Source: Lama glama
Taxonomy: Eukaryota
NCBI GenBank assembly: GCA_028534125.1
Contig: CM052816.1
Location: 92,010,001 to 92,074,000 of the forward strand
Direction of reading: 5' to 3'
Length of the DNA: 64,000 nucleotides
The notes under the pieces are model-generated. The model did not search any database. It saw only the letters and a program-made list of their open reading frames with translations, and had not been told where the DNA came from. The position numbers and the translations under genes are program-made. Shown here in pieces: positions 63,261-64,000 of this stretch; position 1 is the first letter of the stretch, and every line of letters starts with the position of its first letter.

Positions 63261-64000
63261 ACTGCTAGTAGTCTTTTTAAGTCTTCTGAAATTAGTCTGT
63301 AGTTCCTCTTCATGATGGAACATAACATAAGTTTTATTAGGGCTAAAGAAATAGTGTTGGTTGAGGATAGACCCTATTCAAAGTGCCCTGGGGTGTTCAT
63401 ACCACACATGAGATGCTACAGGATGGCCACATCTAGCTTTAAGCCTGTGTTACAAATCTTAGCAAATAAACCACAGTATATGTGCTCAAAGTATGTCATT
63501 TAAGGACTGAATCTTTGCCAGTTGATTCAATGGAAGGCTTTGCTTTCATCCAAAATTCTATGCAAAATCCTAGCTCTGGCTGTGTTTCCTCATTGCATTT
63601 CTCTCTGATCTCAGAATTCTGTGTCTGCCAGCTGCTTCATTCAGTCTCTTTGTGGGAACCAGTGCTTTCTCTCTCTCTCTCTTTGGCAGCTGTGTTCTCT
63701 CTGTAGGATCATCAGTCTTCTGCAGGCTGTGCTGATAGGATGGGTTTTAAAGCTCTTTTGGCAGAAAAAGTCACTTCCTGCTCTAAGAGAAAGATGAAAG
63801 TGAACCCCACACTGTGCAGAAACATGGTCACCAAGACACTTCCTGCACAGCGTGGTTTGGCTCCCACCACCCCACCATACTTACTCAGAACTTAACTGCC
63901 TCAGCCCTCCTTGACTTGGACCGAATGAGCTGCACCCACTTCTCAGCTGATGTCACATCCATTCAAACCATGGCTATTTCCAAGTATTTGGATCCTCAGC

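Noticed and set aside
1..64000. miR-206 and miR-133b hairpins expected from synteny
   Set aside because: I did not see the mature sequences on either strand by eye; they are probably beyond the window, if the locus call is right.

Overview
Mammalian genomic DNA, AT-rich and CpG-poor, mostly non-coding and rich in old repeats. It is probably camelid or another non-ruminant artiodactyl; this is inferred from the young L1 3' ends and from not seeing Alu, B1, Bov-A/BovB or PRE SINEs. No intact protein-coding ORF is supported. The first ~240 bp look like the non-coding first exon and promoter of PKHD1 on the minus strand (recognised from memory, not verified). If so, the rest is the intergenic interval running toward MIR206/MIR133B/IL17A; neither miRNA hairpin was seen inside the window. 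The best-supported features are: a full-length decayed 7SK retrocopy; a decayed NIFK processed pseudogene nested in an old L1 next to a miniature Tigger1-like element; a ~6 kb near-complete ERVL provirus; a second ERVL relic containing an LTR47/MER76-type provirus with an apparent ~2 kb internal inversion; several young L1 insertions with target-site duplications (TSDs); many MaLR LTRs, L2, MIR and MER20 relics; microsatellites; and two 500-N scaffold gaps. I found no convincing new biological system. The most interesting leads are the proviral inversion and some candidate unannotated minus-strand exons and enhancers upstream of PKHD1. Repeat family names and boundaries are by eye and approximate.
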